DNA from: Callorhinchus milii
Taxonomy: Eukaryota
Direction of reading: 5' to 3'
DNA: 64,000 nucleotides
Assembly (NCBI RefSeq): GCF_018977255.1
Contig: NW_024704743.1
Coordinates: 91,948,001-92,012,000 of the forward strand
The notes beneath the pieces are model-generated. The model was given only the letters and a program-made list of their open reading frames with translations, made no database searches and had not been told where the DNA came from. The position numbers were made by a program, and so were the translations under genes. Of the stretch, positions 36,995 through 49,364 are shown one piece after another. Positions within the stretch are counted from its first letter, which is position 1; each line of letters starts with the position of its first letter.

Positions 36995-37739
36995 GGGATA
37001 TTGGGAGTGAGAGGATTTAAGGACTAACAGAGAGCAGAGACAGGGCAAGAAAGACAAAGGAGAAAATGGACTAGAGGGCAGCGGATGATGGATTTAACAG
37101 GTGTTATTGATGCAAAACAAAGGAGGGCGGCAGGGGCAGACCAGAAAGAGAAAAGGTGTATCTGGGACCCAGATTGTGTGCCAATGGTCACAGAAGAGGA
37201 GGAAGGGAGAGGTCATGGGGAGGTCAGAGTGAGAGCGGGAGAGAGTTAAAGTGGCAAACAACTGGAAGCTCAGGGTTGTGCTTGGAGACAGAATGGAGGT
37301 GTTCGGCAAATCGATCACTCAATCTGCGTTTCGTCTCCCCAATGTAGAGGAGATCACATCTTGAGCAGCGAATACAGTAAATTACATTGGTGGTAGTACA
37401 TGTAAATCACTGTCTCACTTGAAAATTGTGTTTGGGGCCCTGGATAGTGATACGGGAGGGGGTGAACAGACAGATATTGCATCGCCTTCACTGGCATGGG
37501 AAGGTGCCAGGGGGAGGAGAGCAGGTGTTGGTGGCGATGGAGGAATGAATCAGGGAGTCATGGAGGGAATGGTCCCTTTGGAAATCTGAGAGTGGAGAGG
37601 AGGGAAAGATATGTTTTGTGGTTGGGTCACCCTGGAGGTACCGGAAATGGCGAAGAATTATTCGTTGGATGTTGAGCTGGTCAATAGAGTAGATGTGGCG
37701 GAGGTGGAGAAACTGGGAAAGGGAATAGAATCTTTGCAG

Positions 37740-37820
37740 CATATTCTGTGAAGCGCTTTGAGATGTCTAGAAGACGTGAAAAGCGCTATATCAAATGCAA
37801 GGATTATTATTATTATTATT
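37740..37820 (+). mobile_element. 5'-truncated SINE tail inserted in the Penelope element
   Basis: atattctgtgaagcgctttgag...gcaaggattatt, flanked by tttgcag and tttacag. Confidence 0.85.
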
Positions 37821-38113
37821 TACAGGAGGTGGGGTGGGAAGAAGTGTAGTTCAGGTAACTGTGAGAGTTGGTGGGCTCTAAAAGATATCTGTGGTTAATC
37901 TATGCCCCGAGATGGAAATTTTAAGTGGGGAAGGGTCGGAGATGGACCATGTGAATGTAATGAAGGGGTAGAAGGTGGAAGCAAATTTGTCGAATTTTTC
38001 CATCTTATTGGGAGAGCAGGAAGCAGCCTCAACACAGTCATCGGTGTATCTGAGGAACAAACGTATCCGAGTAGGCCCAGAACAAACAATGTTTACTATC
38101 TAAACAATCTACT

Positions 38114-38292
38114 GTCTAGATTTATTATAGTCATGTAACAATGTTTAATTATCCAGAATTTGGCAAATTATTGAATTCAAAAATTGACTTTGAAGCAAGA
38201 TTTCTGTATTTCTGAAAATTCAAAATTGTATTTAAGAGTTTCCCAAATTCTGGATGCTCTAAAATGCTACATAAATAGAATAAATCGAGACC
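38114..38292. mobile_element. MITE-like family M1 copy
   Basis: tctagatttatt...atccagaatttggcaaatt on the left; agtttcccaaattctggat...aataaatcgaga on the right. Confidence 0.7.
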
Positions 38293-38592
38293 AGAGTGGA
38301 AATTCTCCCCAAGGTGGTGTGCAGAAAAATACAATGATTTATTTCCTGCAAACTCTGAAGATCTAACTGCTCAGCTCATTCTGACCAGGTCTTTGGTGTA
38401 TACTTTTCTCCTCTGTCAAGTTCATTTTCATTTTGTGTACGGATTGGAGCTCTGCAGCAAGCTCTATTTCCAATTTCAAGACTATGCAGAGCATTTATTT
38501 GCATTAATTTTGTTTCACACACAATCTTTTTTTCTGGTATATTGTCGGATTCTGCTTTTGTGCATACATTCACACAGAAGTCTTGTCTTTTG

Positions 38593-38721
38593 TCATAGAA
38601 TCATAGAATCGTACAGCTTAATAGAAGGAGGCCATTCGCTCATGGTGCCTGTGCCGGCTCTTTGAAAGAGCTATCCAATTAGTCCCAGTCCCCCGCTCTT
38701 TCCCCAAAGCCTTGCAAATTT
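38593..38721 (-). mobile_element. CR1 3' fragment
   Basis: tcatagaatcatagaatc...agaaggaggccattcg...gccggctctttgaaagagc. Confidence 0.85.
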
Positions 38722-39039
38722 ATGTCATGTCAAAAAAAATGTAAATGTCGCAAAGGCAAAATCCCTTAGAGTCCACTTAGAACACTATATGATACAATTT
38801 GCATTGATATAGAACCTTTCACATTGGGAAAACATTTTACAGCATTTCAAATAGCTGAGCAGGCTGTGCAGCCAATTTTATTTGGTGGCGGGGCGGGGTC
38901 GAGGTTGAAAGTAACTGAGGAGAAAGGGAGAGATGACTGAAAGTATAGTTGAAAAGGTAAGTCTTGGGGCAGATATTAAAAGACATGAATTGGGCATACG
39001 ATAGCTCAGAAAGCAGCTGTATTAATGTAATTCAGCAGT

Positions 39040-39305
39040 AACTCAGTGAGCAACACTCTTAGCTCTGGGTCAGAAAATTGTGAGTATGGCCCCATGTAAA
39101 GACTTGAGGTCATAGTCTGAGGAACACCTCACTGTTGGAGATATCATCTTTCAGATAAGTAGTTTAACCAAGGATCTGTCTGCCTGCTCAGTTCATGTTC
39201 ACGAAAGCGTGAAACTGCTTGAAAGAGTTTCTCACTTTATGTCATGGCCAACAGTCCTCCAAATTAATTACTTATGGTTGGTTTTGGTACAACAGGTGCA
39301 AATGG
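39040..39305 (+). mobile_element. Decayed tRNA-Deu SINE
   Basis: ctcagtgagcaacactcttagctctgggtcagaaaattgtg...tctttcagataag. Confidence 0.6.
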
Positions 39306-40679
39306 CTCACAGAAAGTCATAAAAATATCAAAAATTTACATTTTAATGATGAGATATAGGGCAGCTTGGAGATAATTCTCATTTAAAGAGCAGCTTGATG
39401 GGAGGGTGGGGGTTCTGGAGGAATTAAATCAGATGGACCAAAGGGCCTTCTACATCTAAACCAATCTTGTGATTTTCTGAAAACAGCAAAAATTAACAAA
39501 TGAACATAAATGTTAATTCTGCTACTTTATTCATGACTAAGGAGGTGCAAAAAATGCTGACACTTGAAAATAGTATGCCCCCCACCCCCCACGGTCTAAG
39601 TAAAATAATTGAACTTGCAATCTCCAAGGTTATTCTCAATTATTTAACACTATACTTCAAATAAGTTATAGACCTGGGATCCCCAAATCTGCCATTACTA
39701 CCTAATTTTCATGTTTGTTAATCTGCCTTACTAGTCTTACACTTCAAAACCTATTGAAAATCATTAGTGCATCAAGGACATTGCTAAAATATGGCAGGTC
39801 ATGAAAAGGGGTTTAAAGCTTTAAAAATGAAAACAGTGTTGCTGTTGTAACTTGATCTCCTTCTATCATATTCTCATGTCACTGCATTTCTATGGGATTG
39901 TATTAAGTCTTGTTGAAATGTTATTATGCACAAATTCTGCCTGGGATTTACTTACTGAAATTGAATGTGATTATTTTGAGCCTGTATTGAGCTCCTGTAA
40001 TATATTTCCTAAACTTTAATATTCATAAGAATTATAACGGATAGTATTGCAATGATCAGAGTATAACATTTTTCTCGAAAAACCTTTTTTCTCCCCAGCT
40101 TGATGGTTAATGGAATTTATTTGTGAAATAATGGAGTTAATTTGTAGAAACATTAGTCTGGAACGCAGAGGAGGCAAGCCGGCTCATGTGGAAGCTGCCT
40201 TCACCGCCTTTTATGGCTCATGCTCTGTAAGATGCCCCTTAATCAGCCTTGTGTCTTTTGAGAGAGAGTTGATCTCCTATTCTGTTGAAGAAAAGTCTAC
40301 ATAAGAAATCATTTCGGGGTTTAAGAAAGAAAAACAGCTGTCATACTCTCCGTTGCATGACAGTACAAGATCCTACTGTCAGATTAATGCTTCTCCCAGC
40401 AATAAGGTAAGAGACCGGCTGAAGTACATTTGCAAAATGTCTGCAAAATCAGCTGCCTCCATTACAACCTCACCCTCATCGGGTTTCCTAGACACTCATC
40501 CACACCTTCATCACATTGATTATTCCAATGCCCTGATCCCCAGATTCCTCACCTCCTCCTTACACAAGCTGCAAGACAAATTGAGTGTTGTGTTTGCCTG
40601 CCAAATGTTCAGTCACTACAATTTACAGTGAATCCTGTGAAACGCTTTGAGGGGTTGCATCAATGTAAATGATGTTATA

Positions 40680-42771
40680 GAGCAGCCCATCGCTCACTCT
40701 CTCCACACCAACTGCCTCCGAAAGGCAAATATCCTTCCCCCTCACTCATCCATACCCTCCCCAACTCTTCCTGCTCCTCAAACTCCACAGTCATTTCTCT
40801 CCCCCAACCCCAAATCCTCTCTGTACCATTCTCTCATCCATCCCCACTGGACCACTTTCTCATCTCCCTCTCTTCCCACAACCCCTTCCCCTCTTTCCAA
40901 GACCTCCACCATTTTTTTCCACCCCTGGAAAAAGCTTTCCCCGAGTCCCTCACAAATGCCCTCTCTTCTTCGGACCTCCTCTCCCTCTGGCCCTCCACCC
41001 GCAGTGATCCTGATTCAGCCACCAAGCCACCATCTAGCCACAACCTTCAGCTCTCTGGCTCCCCTGAAATCCAGGGCTGTTTCCAAACCCACCTGCTCCC
41101 CTGGTACAACAGTCATCTCTGCTCACTCAAATCCAGTTGCTCAAGCACAGATGGCAGAAATCCGGCCTCACAATTCACCGCCAGCTGTGCCTCGAGCGCC
41201 TCCACATCTACCACCTCTCCCTTTCACAGGCCAAAACTGACTTTTACTCCAAAGTCATCTTGAAGGCAAACAACAATCCAAAGATGCTATTTTTCATTGA
41301 GTATCACCTCCTCTATGCATCCCCTCAAGCCTCCTCACATCAAACACCAAGTGCGAAGAGGCCCTAGACTTCTTCACTTCAAAGATTGAAAACATACACT
41401 TGGCTGCATCGATCTCCCTCCCCATTTCCTCTTCCACCCCACCCAGACCATTCACACCGCCTTCTCCATCTACTACAGCTCCTGCCACTCCCCCCTTCTT
41501 ACACTCTTTTGCCCCCATTTCTTCCTCCTCTCCCTCAACCACAATCATCCGGATAAAGTTCACCACCTGCTGCCTCGACCCCCTCACCACCCAGCTGTTG
41601 GTCACTCAACTCCCTATCTATCTCATGCTGGCCAACATGGTCAACCAATCAGTCTCTCCCCTCAGGCTCTGTTCCACTCCCCCTGAAAACCGTTGTTAAC
41701 ACACCCCTCCTCAAAAATAACACCCTCGATCCCTCTAATCTCTCACACCACCATCCCATTTCCAACCTACCCTTCCTTGCCAAAGTCCTGGAACGCATTG
41801 TTGCAAGTCAACTATGGTCACACCTCTCCCTTCACTCCCTCCTTGAGCCCCTGCAGTCTGGTTTTCGCCCTGCACACACCAAGGTGAGAGCACTTGTCAA
41901 AGTCACAAACAACATTCTCTCTATTTGTGACCAGGGCTCCTTCTGCCTCTTCGTTCTCCTGGATCTCTCTGCTGCGTTTGACACAGTCGACCACGAGATC
42001 TTCCTCCACCACCTCTCTTCCCTCATCCATCTTAATGAGACTGCACTCACTTGGTTCAAGTCCTTCTTAACCAAATGCCTCCAGTTCATCTCGGCAAATG
42101 GTTTCTCCGCCCAGTCACTTGCGGGGTACCTTAGGGCGCCATCCTTGGCCCTCCTCTTTTCCTAATCTATATGCTCCCTTTGGGTGATGTCATCCGCAGA
42201 CACGGAGTAAACTTCCACATGTATGTGGGTATGTGGATGACACACAAATCTACTTTGCCTCCTCCAGTACCAATTCCAGGTCCGCCGATGTTCTATCAGC
42301 TTGTCTGGCAGACATCAGGGAGTGGATGTATGCAAAATTCCTGCAGCTGAATGTGGACAAGACGGAAGCCATACTCCTTGGCTTCTGCGGATCTGAACTC
42401 CTCAACCTCCCTGGGATCTCTCTCACACTCACTGAACCAGTGCGCAATCTAGGCGTCCAGTTTGAACCCCAGCTGTCCTTCCTTCACCACATCTGGTCCC
42501 TGACCAGGACCGCCTTCTTCCACCTCCGCCAGATTGCCCGCCTCTGACCTACCTTACCCCAAATGCAGCCGAAATCCTCATGCGTGCGCTTGTCGCCTCC
42601 CACCTGGATTACTCAAATGCACTCCTCGCCCATCTCCCCAACTCCATTATTCAAAAGGTCTAGCTCATTCAGAACTCTGCCCCACCAAGCTCAGAGTCAG
42701 GCTCCATCACTGTTAAGCGCTCTGAGATGCTGCTCTTCATGGAGGGTACTATATAAGTGCAAGTTGTTGTT
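40680..42771 (+). mobile_element. L2 LINE, decayed ORF2 (RT) with deletion before the 3' tail
   Basis: [53 protein letters not shown]. Tail gcaagttgttgtt. Confidence 0.93.
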
Positions 42772-42900
42772 ACCAGGACCAAACCAGATCCGGGAAACAA
42801 CACTTATTGACCACTACACAATGTTCTTCAATCAAGTAGAAATAAAGCACAAAGTTGCTGCAATAGATTCTCTCTCTTAGATGTGATGCATCCGTGATTG

Positions 42901-43597
42901 TGTTAGAATTTACACTTTTTGTATGATGTTGGAATCATAATAGATGTTGCGAACGGGTTAACTTTTAAGTTAAGTGTGTTGTGGGCAGCTGGACTGAAAC
43001 TCCCTGCATGTACACAAGATAACGGACTGTCTCAAGGACAGTGTGTTTGTGGATGTGAGGCACGTACACCCCATGAGGTGTTCACGTGAACCCAGCATGA
43101 TTTTGGCCAGGTGATCTAATGTCTGCATGAACATTGGATGAACATTGGTATAAGAGTTCCGATAACTTTGTGTACGGGGCCGTCCCGGGTCGCGGAGACA
43201 AGGATACGGGAAATGGAGCCGTCCCGGGTCGCGGAAACAAGGATACGGGAGATGGGGCCATCTCGGGCTGCGGAGACAAGGGTACGGAGATGGAAGACTG
43301 AGAGCTGGAAACACTAAGACTGAGGATATCAGATGGAAAATTGAAAGTTGTAAGCAAGAAGACTGAAAGCATGAAGAATCAAGCTTGTGTGCTGGAAAGA
43401 CACAGTGTTGAACTCTTGAACTCGAGATATCTATAGTGGTGTTATTCTGTTATAAGATCTGTTGATTGTACCGGCCTTTGGTCTGACCCATCGGGATATT
43501 GGGGAATAACGAACGAATTATAATAAAACAGTCTGATATCTGGTTAGAGGAATTAGCGTTATTTCCTTACAGATTTGGCTGATTTTATTTTCTAACA
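42901..43597 (+). mobile_element. Solo LTR with 3x39-bp CpG-rich internal repeat
   Basis: TGTTAG...CTAACA termini. 5' part matches the reverse complement of 36333-36040; 3' part matches 1430-1650. Repeat units at 43180, 43219, 43258. No clean TSD. Confidence 0.8.
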
Positions 43598-44859
43598 GTT
43601 TAGACTCCAGTCATCAGTACTACACTGGCTTATCACCTTCAGACAGACATCAGCAGGGCAGCCAATTGCCCTCTTTAGTGGATCTCCCCATTTCCATATG
43701 GTCGATGTGTTACTCCATCCTGATTGCATATGCAAAATACAATACAAAATTATATTTGTATAGCATCTTTCACATCGGGAGGACAGCCATAGCATGGGTT
43801 TTGTTCTTTTATTATAATAATGTCATCCGTGATCAACTCTCCGTTCAGTAATCTCAAATTGCCTGCTGCATTCGCTCACAAATCACACAGTCACTGCAGT
43901 TTACAATATATCCTGTGTAGCGTTTTGGGATGTTCTCCCAACAAGAAAGGTGCTATACCAAATGTAAGCATTATTATTATTAATTGTTATTACAGTGACA
44001 GTGTTGGTTGCCGAGCATGGAAGAAGGGGAAGGTGATTATCGTGCAATCAATGAGGTAGGTACATGATTGAAATAGAAATGTTAATTTTTGTCACTAACC
44101 TATATCCAAGAACTTTCCAAATATTACCATGTTTTCAGCAATTACGCTTTTCATTCATTAATTAATTTATGGCATTGGACATTTAAAACAAATGCGTTTG
44201 TTCACACATTAGTTCAGATCTGTCAAGCCCTAAAGATGTGTTCCCTAATGGGATCCTTGGGGCATAATCACCGCAACAATAAAATGAGCTCTTGAGCATG
44301 GATTTATAATTTAGAAGAAAAATCGTATTTTCTTCCACCCAAAGTGGAGCTAAAAGAGATGGAGAGAAGAACCAAACTGCTAATATTGGATGAAAGTTCA
44401 CACTGTGAATATTAAGAACATGATTAACAGGGCATTATATTCACATACAATACATTTGACATATATTCAAATACTTCATTTACATGACACAGGAGCTATG
44501 CAGTAAGAGCACAAGTTGTAATTATTTTTATACTGGTCCAAATTAACTCTGGGTTGGTACAGCGCAGGCAGCATGAATAAAATGTTTAACAATCCTTTCC
44601 ATCAATCTGTGTGTCTTAGATCCAGCATGTGGAATCAAGCTGTTAAGAAAGTTTTTTTCTTTTTATGGACAGGGTAAGGAATCAATTGTGTTCTTTATGA
44701 GAGAATAGTTGCTGACAGCTCACATTTATCATTGAACACTGGAGAGGCCTTCTATTTTTGCTCAGAAACTCTCTCAGTCTATTGAAGGTCTAACTGTACA
44801 GGGAAGCTAGTTATAAAATTTAAGCTACCTACATCATAAAATGAATACAGCCAATACAT

Positions 44860-45745
44860 CGGTGCACCTGTCTTTCAGATGAGATGTTAAACCAACTTCC
44901 CAAATGTCTGTTCATGTGGATATTAAATATCCCATGGTACGAAAGAGAAAGGAGTTTCTCCGGATGTCCTGGTTAACAATCCCCCAATTAAAATTTGTCA
45001 CTCACTCCATGGGTGTATGCAACTGGTTGCCTTGTTTCGCCCACAAACTACAGTCAATCTATATTTTTTTGATCAGCCGGTTGTCATGCGGAATCCAATC
45101 ACTGTGCTTAAGAGTATCCAATCCAAGCTGAGATTTCCATGCATCCCACCTACACATGGAAATCCCAGAGATAGATTGTTGGAATGGAATGCACACTCTC
45201 TCCCTGGAGGGACATATCTTGCTTACCTAATTCCAGAAAGTATTAAGCGCAGATTGCCAAGAACCCAGAATGTGCATTGGGGTACTGTTGGAGTCTAACC
45301 AGCGAAAACCGCTTACTTTGCTATTGATATTGCTATCTGACAAGCTTTCCTGCTGCTTGTTCAAGCTAGAACCACCCTCCCATTAGGGCTTTGGCTTGCA
45401 GGGTTAACAGGAGCTGAGTGGGGTGATTACCTAATCCTAGTCTACTCTTCCAGGTCCTGCTAGTGTGTCAGATGGCTGTGTTGTCATCAGCAGTGCCCTA
45501 GAATATTGCGAACCTGCCTGGCTGAGGAACCGGACTACCAAGACTGCCACAGAGGGCTGGCTCAATTCCGATACTCCGTTGCCAGGAATGTCACCTTGGA
45601 GCAAGTTCAGCTCCAAGGACACCCTGTTTATACTCCAGAGAGACCCTATTTAGATTTACTTCACGGTATATTCTGTGAAATGCTTTGAGACGTCTCAGTG
45701 ATATGATACGGCACTATATAAAAAAAGCAAGGATTATTAATACAT
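44860..45745 (+). mobile_element. Deu-SINE 3' part split by a family U insertion
   Basis: ...cacaaactacagtcaa | insertion | tttacttcacggtatattctgtg... restores the SINE sequence. Confidence 0.75.
45058..45654 (-). repeat. Family U, full length; ends defined by the host SINE
   Basis: Minus strand has TATAAA (45627-45632) near the 5' end and 3' end ccggctgatcaaaaaaata. Confidence 0.8.
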
Positions 45746-45839
45746 GGGCAGGATAGGGGGAATGATACCAGCAGACGTAATAAAATAAATTGATTGTCTG
45801 CATCTGCACTTTTGTTTCCATTCATATTTTTTCATATAT

Positions 45840-45955
45840 TTTCGCCCACAAAATATACAGTCAATTCACTTTACAGTGTATTGTGTGAAGTGTTTAGATA
45901 CGTCCCGAAGATGTGATAAGGCGCTATATCAAATGCAAGGATTATTATTATTGTT
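45840..45955 (+). mobile_element. SINE 3' fragment
   Basis: ttcgcccacaaaatatacagtcaattcac...gcaaggattattatt. Confidence 0.85.
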
Positions 45956-46257
45956 ATCATGACAGTTTTTGAGTACAGGTCATTGTGGCTGAACTGTGAA
46001 TATATTCACAAACTGATGGCTGTCCACCAAGAAGATCATCTCTTCCTTCAATTGTGAGACATCTGGAGGTTGTTCGTTCAGGATGGTGCTCAGAGTCATT
46101 AATTGAATGATATGCCCTTCACTTCCTTCCAGTGAAAAGAGGAAATGCTAAAGTAAATCAAGCTGTAGTTAAAATGCACCAAAAATTAAAACACAAAAAT
46201 AATAGAAATTTTAAATCCCATTACAACCTCACTCCTTAAAAATGAGGAGAAATAATA

Positions 46258-46648
46258 AAAATAATAAGTAATTCTTGCATTTAATATAGCTTAATCATGT
46301 TGTCGATATGTCTCAAAGGGCTTCACAGAATAAACTATAAAGTGGATTTTGGAGGCAAAATGCCGCAGTCAATTTGAGCACAGCAATGTCCTGTAAGCAG
46401 CTATGGAGTCAGTGATCAATTTTATTTTATTTGGGACACTGGGAGAAACTCCCTTTTTTTTTCAAATAGTGTTTGGGATCTTAACATCCACTTGAACAGG
46501 CAGACAGGACCTCGGTTTAACTTCTCATCCAAAGGATGGCACCTCTGACAACCTCAGCAGTACAATGGAGTATCAGCTTAGATCGGGACTTGAACCCACA
46601 ATCTTCTGATTCAGAAGTGAAAGTGTTATCACTGAGCCAGGCTGACAT
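46258..46648 (-). mobile_element. tRNA-Deu SINE, near full length
   Basis: Minus strand gtcagcctggctcagtgataacac...ggttcaagtccc...ggatgagaagttaaaccgagg...gcaagaattac. Confidence 0.85.
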
Positions 46649-47424
46649 CACTCAGAAGAAAATTCTTCTTTCCTGCTCTCTGAATATTTGAAGTGCTTTC
46701 AGGCAGATTTCGTGGAAGCAATAGAGACAAGCGCTTCAAATATTCAGAGGGTTTGTCACCAGCAGATAAGGTGACATCAGCAATACAAGGCAATTGTCTT
46801 CACTGTGGCTGAAGCAGGCAATGTTCACATCACAATTTGCAATCTAGAAACAATCTAGAAACATTTGCATTCACATAGACCTGGCTTTTTCTGAACATTA
46901 TACAGTTCAGTTGTGCACAGTTAACAAGTAGGTTGGCTCTGAATAGCATGCTGTAAATCCAGCAACACCGTCCATCATGTTTCTCCTGGATGTAGCCATG
47001 CAGAGCTTTCAGGAATAATCTGAAGGCCTTTCTGCGTGGAAAGACTGATGAGAATGCTAGTGTATGATCCTCTTGTGGTGAAGAATCTTCCATCGAGTTT
47101 AGTATGGAGCAGCTTTTGATAGATAGCTCCTCCAAAAGCTTAGCTGCAGTTTTTTGCAAATCAATTGGAGTTTGATCGGTATTCTGTGAAATGACATTCA
47201 AACTCTGCAGGTGTCAAAAGTGGTGGCTGGAGGCTTCTGGCCAAACAATTGTTTCATTTTTGTTTCAAGCAATTTTATGCTATCCAGTGAAATCACAATA
47301 TTGTACTTTGATTGACAGCTGCTTTATCTTGTCATTAGTTGTATACATAACATTCATATAGTTCTGCATTCAATACATTAATAAATGTTAAATAATATTT
47401 TAACATCTACTAAATGTTTAATGT

Positions 47425-47645
47425 TTGGAATGTGGAGCGGTCCAGGTTGTCCAGTTCCTGAGCCATGCGGTTCCTAGGTACTCCATAGCACTGCTGATGG
47501 CCCAGACAGCCTGGTTCATCATTAGGACTTCAAGGCCAGACCAGTCACTGGGGGCAGGGAGACATCTTACTCAGCTCCTGTTATCCCTGCAAGCCAAAGC
47601 CCAAAGGTATGGTGGTTCAAGCTGGACAAGCAGCAAGACATGAAG
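47425..47645 (+). repeat. Family U internal fragment
   Basis: gttcctgagcc...gcactgctgatgg...ctcagctcctgttatccctgcaagccaaagccc. Confidence 0.65.
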
Positions 47646-48084
47646 CTTGCTGAATTGACTGGGCAAAAGTGACCTACTTAGTGAGTGACCTGATTACTGA
47701 AACAGGTCGGGTGATCCAGGTCACTGATGTAATGTTAAGGGCATTGGTAATGGGCAGGTGATGAACATTCAACAACCATACTTTGCAATCTGATTAAAGT
47801 AAAGCCACTGTCACATTTAAAACAAAAGCTGTCATGTATTCAACCTTCCTTTTGAGAATGCATCCAACTTGTGTTCTGCCAATGCTATAGATCACAGCTA
47901 ACTAACTACGACTTTTGCCCTCACTGTGTTTGATTAAGTTCACTCTCTCATGTAAGGACAACTCCTTCAGTGATGGCATGTTTACATCACTTGTCAACAC
48001 TCACTAAATCAAAACAAACAATATAAACACAAACCACATGCTCTGAATACAGCACTTATGGAACTGGCCTCAGGAGCTCAGGTT

Positions 48085-48295
48085 GGGCCTCGGGCATCGG
48101 GTGAAGTCGATTTTCTGCTCGTGTCGCTTCCGCGATCCCAACGCTCCCCACACTGTGCAGGCGCGACCGGAGCTCACTCCGCCCACAGTAGCTACATTGA
48201 GCAAACAGCGAGAGTAGCCCAAGGCCTAGTGCACTGTGTACAGGTTAGTAGCAGAGGGGGGTGTGTGTACCACGTTTGAAGCGCAGGAGGGCACT
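48085..48295. promoter_or_regulatory. Small CpG-rich patch, possible promoter or enhancer
   Basis: About 15 CpG in ~200 bp with no match to the window's repeats. GC box CCGCCC at 48179-48184. Donor-like CAG|GTTAGT at 48243/48244. Confidence 0.45.
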
Positions 48296-49228
48296 TGTAG
48301 CAACTGCAATCAATAACTGTTGTCCTAAATAATGAGGTGCCCGTCTTACTGAAACAGACAGACTATCTTTTAACATAGACAATGAAAGAGATTGTGGAAA
48401 TGTGCCCGCAATTGTGAGGTGACTGGATTACTGAAGTGACTGCAAACCGGGTTTGTACTGTAATTCATTTTTTTAAAAGAATGTATGGAATCTGGAATGC
48501 AAATGATTTATATCATACAGTCAACGGTTCAAGAATGTGATTACCTAACATTCCCATTAATGCAGGAAGCTTCCCCATGCATCAGTGTCGAATGGTAACT
48601 CATTTGCAATGTCACATTCTGCATGATAATAAAAATCGACCTTCACTGCATTGACCTCCCACCCCCAATGTCAAGCTAAAGCCTGGACCGAGTGTGACAA
48701 AAATAAATCTAGGTAAGGTTGTCATGACAGATTGGGGAATTGCTACTTGACTAAAATTAATTTCCTCTGACCTATTCTCCATTTCCAAATAGCTTAATTT
48801 GTGTTGTTATTCATTGGTGTTTACATGACTCTAACATGTTGAACTTATAGAGGTGACAAATGTGATGTTTCATACTAGATTTGACAATTATCAAATGTGT
48901 TGTTGAATCTGTTATGAAAACATTGCATTTTTCATTCCATGTTGTAAAATGTAAATATCATCCTCTATATAACTGGACTCGAGGTTGCTTGGTCTGTCAA
49001 TCTGATGCAACCTCTCTCTTGAGATTTAAGTTCCTCTATCTATAGATGTGTCTCAAGTGAACAAATAGCATCACAGCTCAAGAGACTCAGTTTGGCCCTT
49101 GAGTAAAATGTAATACCAGCATCCTAGGTCCTTGTGTACATCGTGCAGATACTGAGTAATGGTGAATAGTTTGTGTCATGCAAAGCGTCAACAAATTGCA
49201 TTCATGTCCTTGAATGTAAAACATCAGG

Positions 49229-49364
49229 ACCACAGGCCTGTTCCCTACATTAGCCCTCTTAGCACCACAAGCCTGTTCTGTATATTAGCCTCCTCAAAGA
49301 CCACATAGTTGTTCTATACATTAACCTTCTTGGGACTGATAGTCAGTACTATGCACTAATCTTC
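49229..49364. repeat. Degenerate 35-36-bp minisatellite, ~4 units
   Basis: accaca...tgttc...ta(c/t)atta(g/a)cc units start at 49229, 49264, 49300 and 49335. Confidence 0.65.

Larger units (their letters stand above)
36855..38062 (-). mobile_element. Penelope-like retroelement, decayed (RT C-terminal part, GIY-YIG endonuclease, terminal repeat)
   Basis: RT motif FLRYTDDC (ORF 37878..38060). Manual minus-strand translation of ~37250-37440 gives NVIYCIRCSRCDLLYIGETKRRLSDRFAEHL...HFN. Terminal repeat gatgctgcctgacctgctgag...ccagcatctgcag. Confidence 0.92.

Noticed and set aside
40647..41240. Longest ORF (197 aa, Pro/Ser-rich)
   Set aside because: Off-frame reading of C-rich L2 sequence.
43180..43295. 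CRISPR-like or novel repeat array (also 1425-1500 and 49229-49364)
   Set aside because: Head-to-tail units with no unique spacers, inside LTRs or a minisatellite, in eukaryotic DNA.
46830..47201. 123-aa ORF as a host exon or transposase
   Set aside because: No motif or family I recognise and no convincing splice pair. A BLASTX hit would reopen it.
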